A stretch of 64,000 bases of DNA from Candidatus Methylacidiphilales bacterium (lineage in GTDB: Bacteria; Verrucomicrobiota; Verrucomicrobiia; Methylacidiphilales; JAAUTS01): positions 18,761 through 82,760 of the forward strand of contig JBBSCO010000003.1 of NCBI GenBank assembly GCA_038250235.1, read 5' to 3'. Position numbers and translations under genes: made by a program. Positions 29,261 to 38,698 of the stretch are shown piece after piece. The notes beneath the pieces were generated by a model, which ran no database searches, was not told the origin of the DNA, and worked only from the letters and a program-made list of their open reading frames with translations. Every line of letters begins with the position of its first letter. Position 1 is the first letter of the stretch.

Positions 29261-29995
29261 TCAGACCCCATTCAACAGCCTCATGGCCAGAAAAGGTGGG
29301 AGCCCGGCATTGAGAACCTCATCGGCAACCTTTAAAACCGGATAACGGACACGGTAGAATTCGACCACCTGTTTTTCGTTATCATAAATAACATAGGAGG
29401 CTTTGGGCTCTTTATCCCGCGGTTGTCCCACCGATCCCACATTGATCAGGTATTTGATTTTTTTCTTTAAAGACAAACTGGAAGGCACTGAAATGCCACG
29501 CGCCTTCCTGCCGTCAAAGCGGTGAGCCCTGACCTGGTGGGTATGCCCAATAAAGCACAGAGGTTCCTGCTGAAATCTGAAGTGTTCTTCCGCAGAATGA
29601 ATCGTGGTGACATAGCCCCATTCTTCCGGCTGATTCAAACTTGCGTGAACTGCCGTAAAGCCTTTGTAATCCATGCGTAGGGGCAGATTCGTCAGCCAGG
29701 CCCGCTGGGTGCCCGATAGATTGCCACGGGAATATTCCAGACCGGCACGGGCCATGGGATTATACCATTCCAGTGCGGCATCGTTCGAAGCATAAAAATC
29801 GTGGTTACCCATGACAACATCCGCCCCGGTATCTATGACTCTGTTGAGACACTCCGAAGGGCGGGCATTGTACCCGACAATATCCCCCAGGCAGATCAAG
29901 TGATCAATTTTTCTAGCACGCATATCGCTTAAAACAGCTTCCAACGCCAGAAAATTGCTGTGAACATCACTAAAGAGGGCGACCCGCATTCCCAC
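29261..29995 (-). CDS. Calcineurin-like metallophosphoesterase (PPP-like)
   Basis: [31 protein letters not shown]. Confidence 0.92.
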   Translation of the reverse strand: MGMRVALFSDVHSNFLALEAVLSDMRARKIDHLICLGDIVGYNARPSECLNRVIDTGADVVMGNHDFYASNDAALEWYNPMARAGLEYSRGNLSGTQRAWLTNLPLRMDYKGFTAVHASLNQPEEWGYVTTIHSAEEHFRFQQEPLCFIGHTHQVRAHRFDGRKARGISVPSSLSLKKKIKYLINVGSVGQPRDKEPKASYVIYDNEKQVVEFYRVRYPVLKVADEVLNAGLPPFLAMRLLNGV

Positions 29996-30034
29996 AGTTC
30001 ATCGCATAAGTTCCTCCATTCAACAACTGTATTA

Positions 30035-30334
30035 GGGCCTGTTAACTTATAAAAAGGGGTGCCGCTGGAGTCGGGCAGGCTTCCAACCAAGGCACGAGGA
30101 GGGAAAAGGTCGTCTATACCCGTGACCGGCGGGTTCTGCCAAAGGCAGCTTCGCCTGTGGCAGACAACACAGGGTGGGAGCCTGCCCGGCCCAGCCCGGA
30201 GGATTTGCCCCAGAAAGGCCTCAAGCTGTGGTGGATGCTTAGTCACCCCCGGAGAATTTCGATGTTTTCCTCCTCCGTCCTGCTTGAAGTCTTTCTGGGA
30301 AAAACAGCAACCCATTTTATTCACTAACAGGCCC
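30035..30334. mobile_element. 300-bp non-autonomous MITE with ~26-bp imperfect TIRs and TA flanks
   Basis: TA|GGGCCTGTTAACTTATAAAAAGGGG ... CCCATTTTATTCACTAACAGGCCC|TA; no transposase; related ends at 3658 and 49042. Confidence 0.75.
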
Positions 30335-30448
30335 TAATTCTTTTCATCTTGAAAACAAACAACAGGGGAAAATTCATTTTCTTGCTTTTTCCTTGGGACG
30401 GCGTCTTATAGTTTGGTTTCTTGGTCTTCATGTTTTAATCCAACTATT

Positions 30449-31318
30449 ATGGCAAATGCAGTACTCCTAACTTATCTGGAGCAGTTTGGTCCCCAAAGGG
30501 CCAACGGTATTTTGAGTATTCAGGATCCCCTAAGCGGGGAGGACGGATCTATTTGCATTGCAAACGGCGTCATCGTTTCAGCCGGAACCTACAAGCTCAA
30601 AGACCTGAATGCTGTCTTTGCCATGATGGCCTGGGAAGACGCCTCTGTCCTCTGGTTGGAAGGAATGAGCCCTCCCCTGCTCAGCTGCAACATCCAGCCC
30701 GATCTGGCCATCTTTGAGTTCGTGCAACTCGAAATGGAACATGGCTCAGCCCGGGCCGTTCTTTCCTATGTCAGCAGTATAACAGAGGATCATTCCCCGA
30801 AAAAACGCAAAACCATCCGTCTTCCGGATCTGTCCAATTTTAGCATCCACCTGCAAGTTGATACGGACAGCCAGGAGAACTTTGATTTTGAATTGCGGGA
30901 AGGCAATCAATTAATCGGCAAAGGGAGTGATTGCGACATCATTATTGCCCACTCTTCCATTTCCCGCCGTCATTGCCAGGCGGCCCTGGTGGATCGCACC
31001 ATCACCTTCACAGATCTGGGATCCACCAACGGAACCTACGTCAATGGACAACTGATCCACCAAGAGTTCGTGGTGCCCGGCGACAAAGTAAGCCTGGGAT
31101 CCGTTCATTTCACCGTGGCAGCACGGCTCAGACGAAATCTTTCCAATGATGTGATGCCCACATCGGTTCCTGTTACCCCCCAGAACTCCGCGACCATGAA
31201 AATTCCAAAAAAGAGCAAAGCAGTTCATTGGCAAAATCTGGCGGGAGATTCCTCCAACGATAAAAAGGGAAAACCCGATAAAAGCATTATCCGGCGTTTT
31301 CTCAAAAAGAACCAATAA
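30449..31318 (+). CDS. DUF4388(PATAN)-like + FHA domain protein
   Basis: N-terminal NGILSI...GSICIANGVIVSA; FHA motifs IGK...SISRRH...DLGSTNGTYVNG. Confidence 0.82.
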   Translation: MANAVLLTYLEQFGPQRANGILSIQDPLSGEDGSICIANGVIVSAGTYKLKDLNAVFAMMAWEDASVLWLEGMSPPLLSCNIQPDLAIFEFVQLEMEHGSARAVLSYVSSITEDHSPKKRKTIRLPDLSNFSIHLQVDTDSQENFDFELREGNQLIGKGSDCDIIIAHSSISRRHCQAALVDRTITFTDLGSTNGTYVNGQLIHQEFVVPGDKVSLGSVHFTVAARLRRNLSNDVMPTSVPVTPQNSATMKIPKKSKAVHWQNLAGDSSNDKKGKPDKSIIRRFLKKNQ

Positions 31319-31338
31319 CCCCTGGGGATCCGACCCCC

Positions 31339-32277
31339 TTACCCGGCCCACTGTGGATGCCTTTCCAGTTGCTCAAGCCAGACATCCGCAATTGGACCTG
31401 CGGCCTTTCCATCCTCCAAAAGAGGGCTTGCTGAAGTCGAGCGCTTCACCTTTGCCAGCCAATCACGTCCGAACGGCTTCCGAAGCGCACCGGCCTGACT
31501 AGCTGCGAGTGTCGTTTCCTCTTTCTCTCCCAGACCTACCCCCGCCCCGAGATACCACCCGGCCAAGGCCATCGTCACACGCACCACGGTAGAACGGGTG
31601 TGTAGCACGACAAGGCAGGGATGTTCTCCCATCTGTTCTTTAAGCTTTTTCCAATGTCCAAGGGAATAAAGTCCGGGGGACTTCGGGGCGGAATAAAGAT
31701 CATACATAATCAAGTCCGGTTTTCCCAACCCGGGGTTCGTACAGGTCGTACGAAAATCGCCTTGATGGAATTTCCAGTAAAAGTGTCTTTTGGCCCTGTG
31801 GATAAGCAGGGCCTGATCTCTCATCATTTGTTCCCAATCCAGATCCTTGAGATACGAAAAGGACGCGGGGTGTTCTTTGACGTGGCTGAGAGCAAAGGAC
31901 AAGGCTCCCCAGTCTGTGTCGAAACTCTCGACATCAAGATCCCCGTAAGCACCTTCCGACCACGCCTCAAACACGGCGGTAAGGTTGGCAGCGGCCCCCA
32001 ATCCGACATCCCAGACCGTTTTTTTCCCGGTTGAGGGCAAGTTCCAACAGCTACCTAGAAAGGTTTGTTCGACATAAAGCTGCCGGGCCTCTTTCATGGC
32101 ACCGATAACCGGATGAAAGGTCTCACCAACGCGTTCATCACGCAAGGTCACCTGCCCGTCGGCCAGCACCTTGAGGCTGTAAGGACTTTTTTCTTCGGAA
32201 GATACAGTCGGTATTGACGAGCCCCCCCCAGGTTCTTTATTCCTATCTGATGCGAACCCGTCTGATTTTTCTTTCAT
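31339..32277 (-). CDS. MnmC-like (MnmD-domain) SAM methyltransferase
   Basis: GETFHP..GA..EA..LYV, WDVGLGAAAN, MYDLYS; start uncertain. Confidence 0.75.
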   Translation of the reverse strand: MKEKSDGFASDRNKEPGGGSSIPTVSSEEKSPYSLKVLADGQVTLRDERVGETFHPVIGAMKEARQLYVEQTFLGSCWNLPSTGKKTVWDVGLGAAANLTAVFEAWSEGAYGDLDVESFDTDWGALSFALSHVKEHPASFSYLKDLDWEQMMRDQALLIHRAKRHFYWKFHQGDFRTTCTNPGLGKPDLIMYDLYSAPKSPGLYSLGHWKKLKEQMGEHPCLVVLHTRSTVVRVTMALAGWYLGAGVGLGEKEETTLAASQAGALRKPFGRDWLAKVKRSTSASPLLEDGKAAGPIADVWLEQLERHPQWAG

Positions 32278-32828
32278 ATCTGATTTCGCCCCTTTTTCTG
32301 CATGCGGCTGGCGCCCCAAAAACGGAGCCAGTAGCCAAGGCCGACTATCCCAAATATCTCTTCATTTGTCTCACCACTCAAAAAGCCAAACTCATCCGTG
32401 AGAACAAAGTGGTCTGGGAGAGCATTCTCTCCAGCGGCCGGACCACTAAAGAAACGCCGATCGGCACCTTTAAGATCACAGACAAATACGAAAAATGGGT
32501 TTCAACCATCTATAATGTTTCCATGCCTAATTTTCAGAGATTCAACCACGGTGCCATGGGCATCCATGCCGGTCCTTTACCCGGTTACCCCGGATCAGCC
32601 GGATGTATCCGCCTTCCGGAAGACAAATCAAAGGAACTCTTTGCCCTGACCACCATCGGCCTTCCGGTCGTGATTACCGGCGAAGCACCTCCCTTTGAGT
32701 ATTTCAAAGCAAAAATTCTGCGGGCCAAACGGGACAAAAACTCCCCTTACGCCAGACGCGGTACTGCCACCAGAATCAAAACAGCTTCCTACGTCGGCTC
32801 GGTCTCCACCTCCGCACCCGCTCCCTGA
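32250..32828 (+). CDS. L,D-transpeptidase (YkuD family)
   Basis: SSGR...TPIGTF, GIHAG.LPGYPGSAGCIRLP. Confidence 0.88.
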   Translation: MRTRLIFLSYLISPLFLHAAGAPKTEPVAKADYPKYLFICLTTQKAKLIRENKVVWESILSSGRTTKETPIGTFKITDKYEKWVSTIYNVSMPNFQRFNHGAMGIHAGPLPGYPGSAGCIRLPEDKSKELFALTTIGLPVVITGEAPPFEYFKAKILRAKRDKNSPYARRGTATRIKTASYVGSVSTSAPAP

Positions 32829-32842
32829 CTAGCTTGGATTCG

Positions 32843-33322
32843 TCAGGGTTTTCTCAGTTTCTGGGCAAAATCCACCATGTCTTTGGAACTGATCCGGACT
32901 TCGGTGATCGCACCCTTTTCCATGGCGAAAGAGGCAAAACCTTTTTGATCCTTACGGATGAAGCGTCGCAGAGAGGAATTGGATTCAAACGGCTCCCACT
33001 GTGAACCTTCCGCATTGGCGGAAAGAATAGCCATGGCCAGGGGTTCCGGGATGGGGATAACCAGCGGTTTCTCTCCATCCTTCGGCGTCTCCTTCAGGCG
33101 GACATACTGTTCCAGTACAGACTCCTTGCCTGTAAGCAACACCGTGATCATCAGATCCTTGTTAATATAAACATGCTGGCGGAGATCCCCCACTCCAGCC
33201 GGATTCTGCTGGAGAGGTTTGCCAAAACGTTGCTCCAATTTTTCCGGAGAATCACCCAACCTGGCGTGTAGGATAGAGGTTCCCGTCAGACAAACCGCCA
33301 AAATAAGTGCCTGCTTCATCAT
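32843..33322 (-). CDS. Exported hypothetical protein
   Basis: Signal peptide then RLGDS...RFGKP. Confidence 0.7.
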   Translation of the reverse strand: MMKQALILAVCLTGTSILHARLGDSPEKLEQRFGKPLQQNPAGVGDLRQHVYINKDLMITVLLTGKESVLEQYVRLKETPKDGEKPLVIPIPEPLAMAILSANAEGSQWEPFESNSSLRRFIRKDQKGFASFAMEKGAITEVRISSKDMVDFAQKLRKP

Positions 33323-33329
33323 AGGACAG

Positions 33330-33815
33330 TCAATCCCTGAAATTATTGAAGTCAATCCCTACCGGAAGATCCTTTGATTTCAACAAAGCCATGATCGATT
33401 GGAGGTCGTCGCGGTTTTTTCCGGTCACACGGATTTTCCCGTCCTGGATCTGGGCCTGTAGTTTCATACCGCTACCCCGGATTTCGCCAACGATTTCCTT
33501 GGCCGTTGCCACTTCAAATCCCTGCTTAAGGGTCAGCACCTGACGCGCCCGCCCTACGGAAGAAACTTCCAGTTTTCCATGGTCAATATTTTTTAGCGAT
33601 ACGTCACGTTTGGCCAGTTTGCCCAATACAATTTGAGCCAGGCCCTGCAGTTTGAACTCCTCGTCCGCCGTCAACACCAGCGTGTTCTTCTCTTCCACAA
33701 TATCCCAGTTGACCCCTTTGTAATCAAAGCGAGTCTGCAATTCCTTCCGGGCCTGCTGGATGGCGTTTTTTACTTCGGCCAGATCTACCTCAGAGACAAC
33801 ATCGAACGATGGCAT
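33330..33815 (-). CDS. yajQ: YajQ-family nucleotide/c-di-GMP-binding protein
   Basis: MPSFDVVSEVD, RFDYKG, QAQIQDGKIRVTGK.RDDLQ, NFRD. Confidence 0.95.
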   Translation of the reverse strand: MPSFDVVSEVDLAEVKNAIQQARKELQTRFDYKGVNWDIVEEKNTLVLTADEEFKLQGLAQIVLGKLAKRDVSLKNIDHGKLEVSSVGRARQVLTLKQGFEVATAKEIVGEIRGSGMKLQAQIQDGKIRVTGKNRDDLQSIMALLKSKDLPVGIDFNNFRD

Positions 33816-33869
33816 AGAATTCAAGCGTACGTGAGACCCGCCCTCTTGGCAAGCGCAGGACGGGGAAAC

Positions 33870-34142
33870 TCAGCTTCCTTCAGGATGATCGCGAAGATAC
33901 TCGTGCAGCAATTTCTCTGCCTCCACCACATCCTCATGGGCGGAACGCCGTCTGTGGTATCTTCTTTTGATGATATCCAGAAACATTTCCAACTCCACCC
34001 TGTTCGGTTTCCGGTCATAATCCCACAGTTCGGCATCCCGTTCCTTGAATTGGAACTTGAACTTGCCTCCAAAAGGATTGACCCGGATCTCATATTTCAG
34101 TCCGTCATCCCGCCGCATATTGAATTCGATATCACGCCTCAT
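33870..34142 (-). CDS. Small conserved-looking hypothetical protein
   Basis: 90-aa ORF, KFKFQFK...WDYD...RRYHRRR; fits the intergenic space. Confidence 0.7.
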   Translation of the reverse strand: MRRDIEFNMRRDDGLKYEIRVNPFGGKFKFQFKERDAELWDYDRKPNRVELEMFLDIIKRRYHRRRSAHEDVVEAEKLLHEYLRDHPEGS

Positions 34143-34212
34143 CTTTCACTCCTTGGATGAACCAACCTATAAATCTTCTTGGAAAAGAAAAGCAAAGCCT
34201 TATTCTCTCCTG

Positions 34213-34683
34213 ATGCATCGCCCCATTTTCCTCTGGCTCTGCTGGCTCGCCCTCGCTTCCAGCCCGTTCCATTCGATCCAGGCCCAGGACGCCATCAAAA
34301 ACATTACCGAGGAATTCAATTTCCTGAAGGAAAATGGCGAACGCGAGGTGGTCAAGACCACAAAAAGCGGTCTCCAATACGAGATTCTCAAATCCGGCAG
34401 CGGGAAAACCCCAACTCTCTCCAGCACGGTGGTCACCCATTATCGCGGTGTTACCCTGGCTGGCAAAACCTTCGACAGCTCCTATGAACACGGCAAACCT
34501 TCCACCTTTCCCGTGAAGGCAGTGATTTCCGGATGGACCGAAGCTTTGCAGCTCATGAAAGAAGGCGACAAGTGGAAGCTCTACATTCCGAGCAAGCTGG
34601 CCTACGGTTCCGAAGGAAAACCTCCCACGATCGGGCCCAATGAGTTGCTCATCTTTGACCTGGAATTGATCGAAGTAAAATAA
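34213..34683 (+). CDS. FKBP-type peptidyl-prolyl isomerase
   Basis: SGLQYEIL, HYRG...FDSSY, VISGWTEALQLM, LAYG. Confidence 0.95.
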   Translation: MHRPIFLWLCWLALASSPFHSIQAQDAIKNITEEFNFLKENGEREVVKTTKSGLQYEILKSGSGKTPTLSSTVVTHYRGVTLAGKTFDSSYEHGKPSTFPVKAVISGWTEALQLMKEGDKWKLYIPSKLAYGSEGKPPTIGPNELLIFDLELIEVK

Positions 34684-34702
34684 GCCTCCGTCAGCCAAGC
34701 CC

Positions 34703-35068
34703 TTATTTTTCCCAGATCTTGATTCCCTTCATCTGGCGGGCGGTTCCCGTCACCAGATGGATGACCGCTTCCTCACCGGTAATGACCTTGTCCCCGGTTC
34801 TGTACTCGAATCCGCCATAGACACGTATTTCCCTCTCGTTGATCTGGTCGGCAAAAGTCGCTTTAAGCACTGCATCGCCACCGCGACCGTCCTTTGACCG
34901 GATAGGAATTTCCAGCCCAATAATCGAAGGGGATTGATCGGTCTGGATGGTTGGTCCTTGCAGATTTGGCACGGCATCGACACCGCTTTGCTGGTACCAA
35001 AAAGATGAAAACCAGCCGGCGACAAATACCAGGGCGGCCGCAGACAAGTAAGGTAAAAAGGCTTTCAT
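34703..35068 (-). CDS. Membrane-anchored hypothetical protein
   Basis: N-terminal TM; beta-rich C-terminus. Confidence 0.6.
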   Translation of the reverse strand: MKAFLPYLSAAALVFVAGWFSSFWYQQSGVDAVPNLQGPTIQTDQSPSIIGLEIPIRSKDGRGGDAVLKATFADQINEREIRVYGGFEYRTGDKVITGEEAVIHLVTGTARQMKGIKIWEK

Positions 35069-35179
35069 ACGGGAATGGAATGCTTTCCAGAATCCAACAC
35101 AACACCATCAGCAACGGATACCAAGCAGAAAGAACGTGAAATCATAAGTACAAATCCGTGGCAAATGCCCGGTCAACAC

Positions 35180-35208
35180 AAAAAAGGCGCGGAATGATCC
35201 GCGCCTTT
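35180..35208 (-). terminator. Intrinsic terminator of the RRM gene
   Basis: GGCGCGGA/TCCGCGCC stem with T-tract on the minus strand. Confidence 0.8.
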
Positions 35209-35250
35209 CCGTGAAAAGTTTTTGAAAACTTGACAGTGAGTCCGGAGAAC

Positions 35251-35670
35251 TCAACGACGTCCGTAATCGCCACCGCCACCGCCGCTGCGGCCACGCCCAC
35301 CGCCACCGCCACCGCCACCGCCGCCGCCACCGCCGAAGGAACGACCACCGCCGCCGCCGCCGCCGCCGCCGCGTGGTCCACCGTAACCGCCACCACCACC
35401 GCCACCGCCACCGGGGCGCTCTTCTTTTGGACGGGCTTCGTTGACGGTGAGGTCACGCCCGGCGAAGTTTGTGCCATGGAGTTTGTCAATGGCAGCCTGG
35501 CCCGCTTCAGCGTTGTCAAAGGTGACGAACGCAAAGCCACGGGAACGGCCTGTCATTTTGTCTTGGATCAGATGGACGTCCGTAACGGTGCCATGCTGGG
35601 AAAACAAATCTTCAAGATCGTTTTCCGTCGTGTCGAAGGACAGATTGCCTACATATAATTTCATGCTCAT
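35251..35670 (-). CDS. RRM RNA-binding protein with Gly-rich tail (paralog of 7520)
   Basis: [25 protein letters not shown]. Confidence 0.95.
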   Translation of the reverse strand: MSMKLYVGNLSFDTTENDLEDLFSQHGTVTDVHLIQDKMTGRSRGFAFVTFDNAEAGQAAIDKLHGTNFAGRDLTVNEARPKEERPGGGGGGGGGYGGPRGGGGGGGGGRSFGGGGGGGGGGGGGRGRSGGGGGDYGRR

Positions 35671-35974
35671 GATGATAGTTTTTCTTACCGATCCGCCGCT
35701 GCTATCTAAGATGTTCCCGACTGCCGGGTTTCAAATCATCACTGAACACTCAGCTGACAATCCACCAACCTACTCGCTGCTAACGATATCTAAGGCTCTC
35801 TACTGACAGATTCCAGGATTTAAGCAAGTCTGAAATTGACTGGGGCCGGGCCACGCCAGAGGTTCCCCCCCGCTTTAAAACCTGTTCCGCTTGTAAATAA
35901 CCCTGCTTTGCCATCCCGACACCAGCATCATTCTCACTTGCCATAGGGGCTGTTCCACGTGACATTGCTTCGGT

Positions 35975-36766
35975 ATGCGATTGATCAACGCTCTTTGGTG
36001 TTCTTTTTACTCCGGCCCCCTTTACCGCGACGTCTTTACAAAATGGCGGGGAATCGGCTTGATGTATCTCTGCCTGCTATCCCTGATCCAAACCATTGTT
36101 TCCACGGCTTACCTCGATGGCCAGTTGGATTTGTTCATTCGTGATTATACGCCTTCGATCGTCCAACAAATCCCCAAAATCACCATTCGCGACGGCAAGG
36201 CTTCCACTCCTGATGAGAAACCTTATTCCATCGTCGACGGGCAAACAGGTGCCCGCATCGCCTTGATCGATACCAGTCTGGAGCAGCCCCCTGCCGAGCC
36301 GGGCTTGACTTCCTTTTTTGTGGGAAAAAAAAGCCTCTATGTTTTCAACAAGGCAGGTAAAGTCCAAACCATAGATTTTCCAGTTTCCGAAGAGATAGTT
36401 CTTGATCAGGCCCTTTTTGTTTCCCTTCTAAAATTCATATCCTCCTGGGGCGCGCTTCTGCTCTCCCCTTTTTCGCTGGCCGGGAATCTGGTAATGATGG
36501 CCGTGACGGCCATCTTCTTTTCTTTTTTTGCCTGGATCAATTTCAAATCCGCTGCAGTCACGGCTCCTTACACCGCTCTTTTACGCCTGACGGCAGTGGC
36601 TCTCAGCCCGGCAGTTCTCTTTTCCATGATTACTGTGGCCTTTATTCCCGCCAGCACGGTCAGCGGATTCCTCTTCGTTCTCCTGGCAGTCGGCTATATT
36701 GCCTTCGCGGTTCATGCGGTAAAAAAATCTGCCAACGAAGTTTCCGGCCAAGGCACGGAAGAATAG
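35975..36766 (+). CDS. DUF1189-family membrane protein
   Basis: SFYS..LYRDV...WRG.GL.YL; IPKITIRDG; C-terminal TMs. Confidence 0.75.
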   Translation: MRLINALWCSFYSGPLYRDVFTKWRGIGLMYLCLLSLIQTIVSTAYLDGQLDLFIRDYTPSIVQQIPKITIRDGKASTPDEKPYSIVDGQTGARIALIDTSLEQPPAEPGLTSFFVGKKSLYVFNKAGKVQTIDFPVSEEIVLDQALFVSLLKFISSWGALLLSPFSLAGNLVMMAVTAIFFSFFAWINFKSAAVTAPYTALLRLTAVALSPAVLFSMITVAFIPASTVSGFLFVLLAVGYIAFAVHAVKKSANEVSGQGTEE

Positions 36767-36843
36767 AAAGTAACCGCATGGCAGGGCATCCATTATCCCC
36801 TTGAGCGATCGAATCGTCCTACCTTCTGCAACGTCTGATTCAT

Positions 36844-37431
36844 ATGCCTTTCTTTTTCCGATCCTTTCTTGTGCTGCTCCTGGCCGCAGGCGGACTTTCT
36901 GCACAAACCACCGGGCCCGCCGTTGCGGAGGCGGCCGCTTCACAGATCGGGAAAACAACCCGTTATGACCCCTCTTATCAGCGGCTCAACTACCCCATGG
37001 GAGATGTGCCTGAAGAGAGCGGCGTGTGCTCGGATGTCGTCATACGGGCCTTGCGCTCCGTCGGCATCGATCTCCAGCAGAGGGTGCATGAGGACATGAA
37101 GACCCATTTTTCCGCCTATCCCCAAAACTGGGGCCTGAAAAAAACAGACAGGAATATTGATCACCGCCGTGTGCCAAACCTGGAGACGTATTTTAAACGC
37201 TGCGGCTTTTCCCTGCCGGTCACCAAAGATCCCGGCTCCTACCAGCCCGGCGATATCGTGTCCGTTCGCTTGGACAATGGCTTGCCCCATATCATGGTTG
37301 TTTCCGGCCGTAAAAACCCGGAAGGAGTGCCTCTGATCATTCACAACATCGGTGCCGGAACGTGCTCCGAGGACAGGCTCTTCAGCTTCCGGATCACCGG
37401 TCACTATCGAATCAAAAAAACCATTCCTTAA
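36844..37431 (+). CDS. DUF1287 (YijF-like) exported protein
   Basis: YDPSY..L.YPMGDVP, GVCSDVVIRA, NIDHRRVPNL, IHNIG. Confidence 0.9.
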   Translation: MPFFFRSFLVLLLAAGGLSAQTTGPAVAEAAASQIGKTTRYDPSYQRLNYPMGDVPEESGVCSDVVIRALRSVGIDLQQRVHEDMKTHFSAYPQNWGLKKTDRNIDHRRVPNLETYFKRCGFSLPVTKDPGSYQPGDIVSVRLDNGLPHIMVVSGRKNPEGVPLIIHNIGAGTCSEDRLFSFRITGHYRIKKTIP

Positions 37432-37485
37432 GCGGAACCCGTGCCCGGACTTGACCATTCAAGTCTGAGAATCTATAACTGGGCC

Positions 37486-38226
37486 ATGCGCTCCAGCAAG
37501 TTTCCCACCCTCTTCCTCATTATCGTTTTTTCTGTGGCCCCGTTCTTTCAGACACAAGCAGCTTCGCCGGAAGCCGGATCTTCCAACCTGAATCTTTGGG
37601 ATATGGTCCTGGCCGCCGAATGGGTTCTCATTCCCCTGGTATTGATTTCCCTGATTGTGATCACCCTGATTGTTTTCAATTTTTTCTGGTTGCGGCAATC
37701 TAACATAATTGACAATGAATTTTACGAAACCGCCGGCCATCTGCTGAAAGAACGCAAATTGGAAGATCTGCTGGAGCTTTGCAGCGAAAACAAAACTGCG
37801 ACAACCCGCGTGTTGCGACGCGTGCTCGAATTCGCACGTGACAACCCGGGCACCTCCCTGGAAGCCCTGAAAGAAATCGCGGAGGTGGAAGGAAACAATG
37901 CCACCATGAAGCTCAACCAACCCAATCTGCTTTTGATGGATATGGGAGTGTTGGCTCCGCTTGTGGGCCTTCTCGGAACGGTCTTCGGTATTCTCCGCTC
38001 TTTCGGAACCATCGCCAGCGACGCCGCACCGATGCGCACCATGCTCCTGGCCGGCGGAGTTTCCCAGGCACTTGTCTCCACCGCCATAGGAATCTGTATC
38101 GGCCTGACCGCCATGCTCTTCTACGCCTTTTTTCGCACACGGGTACAAAGCCTGGTCGGACGTTTTGAATCCATCCTGACCGAACTCATGGTCAAAACCT
38201 ACACCTGCCTGGCCAAAGGCCGTTGA
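37486..38226 (+). CDS. MotA/TolQ/ExbB proton-channel protein
   Basis: APLVGLLGTVFG, GGVSQALVSTA.G. Confidence 0.92.
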   Translation: MRSSKFPTLFLIIVFSVAPFFQTQAASPEAGSSNLNLWDMVLAAEWVLIPLVLISLIVITLIVFNFFWLRQSNIIDNEFYETAGHLLKERKLEDLLELCSENKTATTRVLRRVLEFARDNPGTSLEALKEIAEVEGNNATMKLNQPNLLLMDMGVLAPLVGLLGTVFGILRSFGTIASDAAPMRTMLLAGGVSQALVSTAIGICIGLTAMLFYAFFRTRVQSLVGRFESILTELMVKTYTCLAKGR

Positions 38227-38684
38227 ATAGCGGATACCGCACATCCACCGACCCGGACACAACCATGCGCCTGAGCAAACATATCGCCTCCGAGCCTCTG
38301 CAGTTGCAACTGGCTCCGTTTATTGATGTGGTGATGTTTCTCCTCACTTTTTTTTTACTCACCTGGAATATAGCCCGCTATGAAGCGGAACTAACCGTCA
38401 GCCTGCCAGTGGCCAAACAGGCCGAGACCTCCACCAGGATGCCGGGAGAAATCCTGATCAACGTGAACCAGAAAGGTGAAATCATCGTCAACAAACGTGT
38501 TTTGAACGCTGAGGAGCTCCAGGATATTCTGGCCAAGGTTACTGCGGATTTTCCTGACCAGGCTGTCATTCTCCGCGGTGATAAAGACACTCCCTACCAG
38601 AATATCATCAGTGTCATCGACATCTGTAAAGCGGCCAAAGTCTGGAACATCGCCTTCACCACCGCCGATCCCAACAAAAAATAA
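38223..38684 (+). CDS. ExbD/TolR protein
   Basis: LAPFIDVVMFLL, VILRGDK; start 38223 or 38265. Confidence 0.92.
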   Translation: MNSGYRTSTDPDTTMRLSKHIASEPLQLQLAPFIDVVMFLLTFFLLTWNIARYEAELTVSLPVAKQAETSTRMPGEILINVNQKGEIIVNKRVLNAEELQDILAKVTADFPDQAVILRGDKDTPYQNIISVIDICKAAKVWNIAFTTADPNKK

Positions 38685-38698
38685 CCGGCCGCACGCTT

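Noticed and set aside
35142..35658. Ala/Thr/Val-rich ORFs over the RRM gene
   Set aside because: Other-frame readings of the GGC/GGT glycine tract
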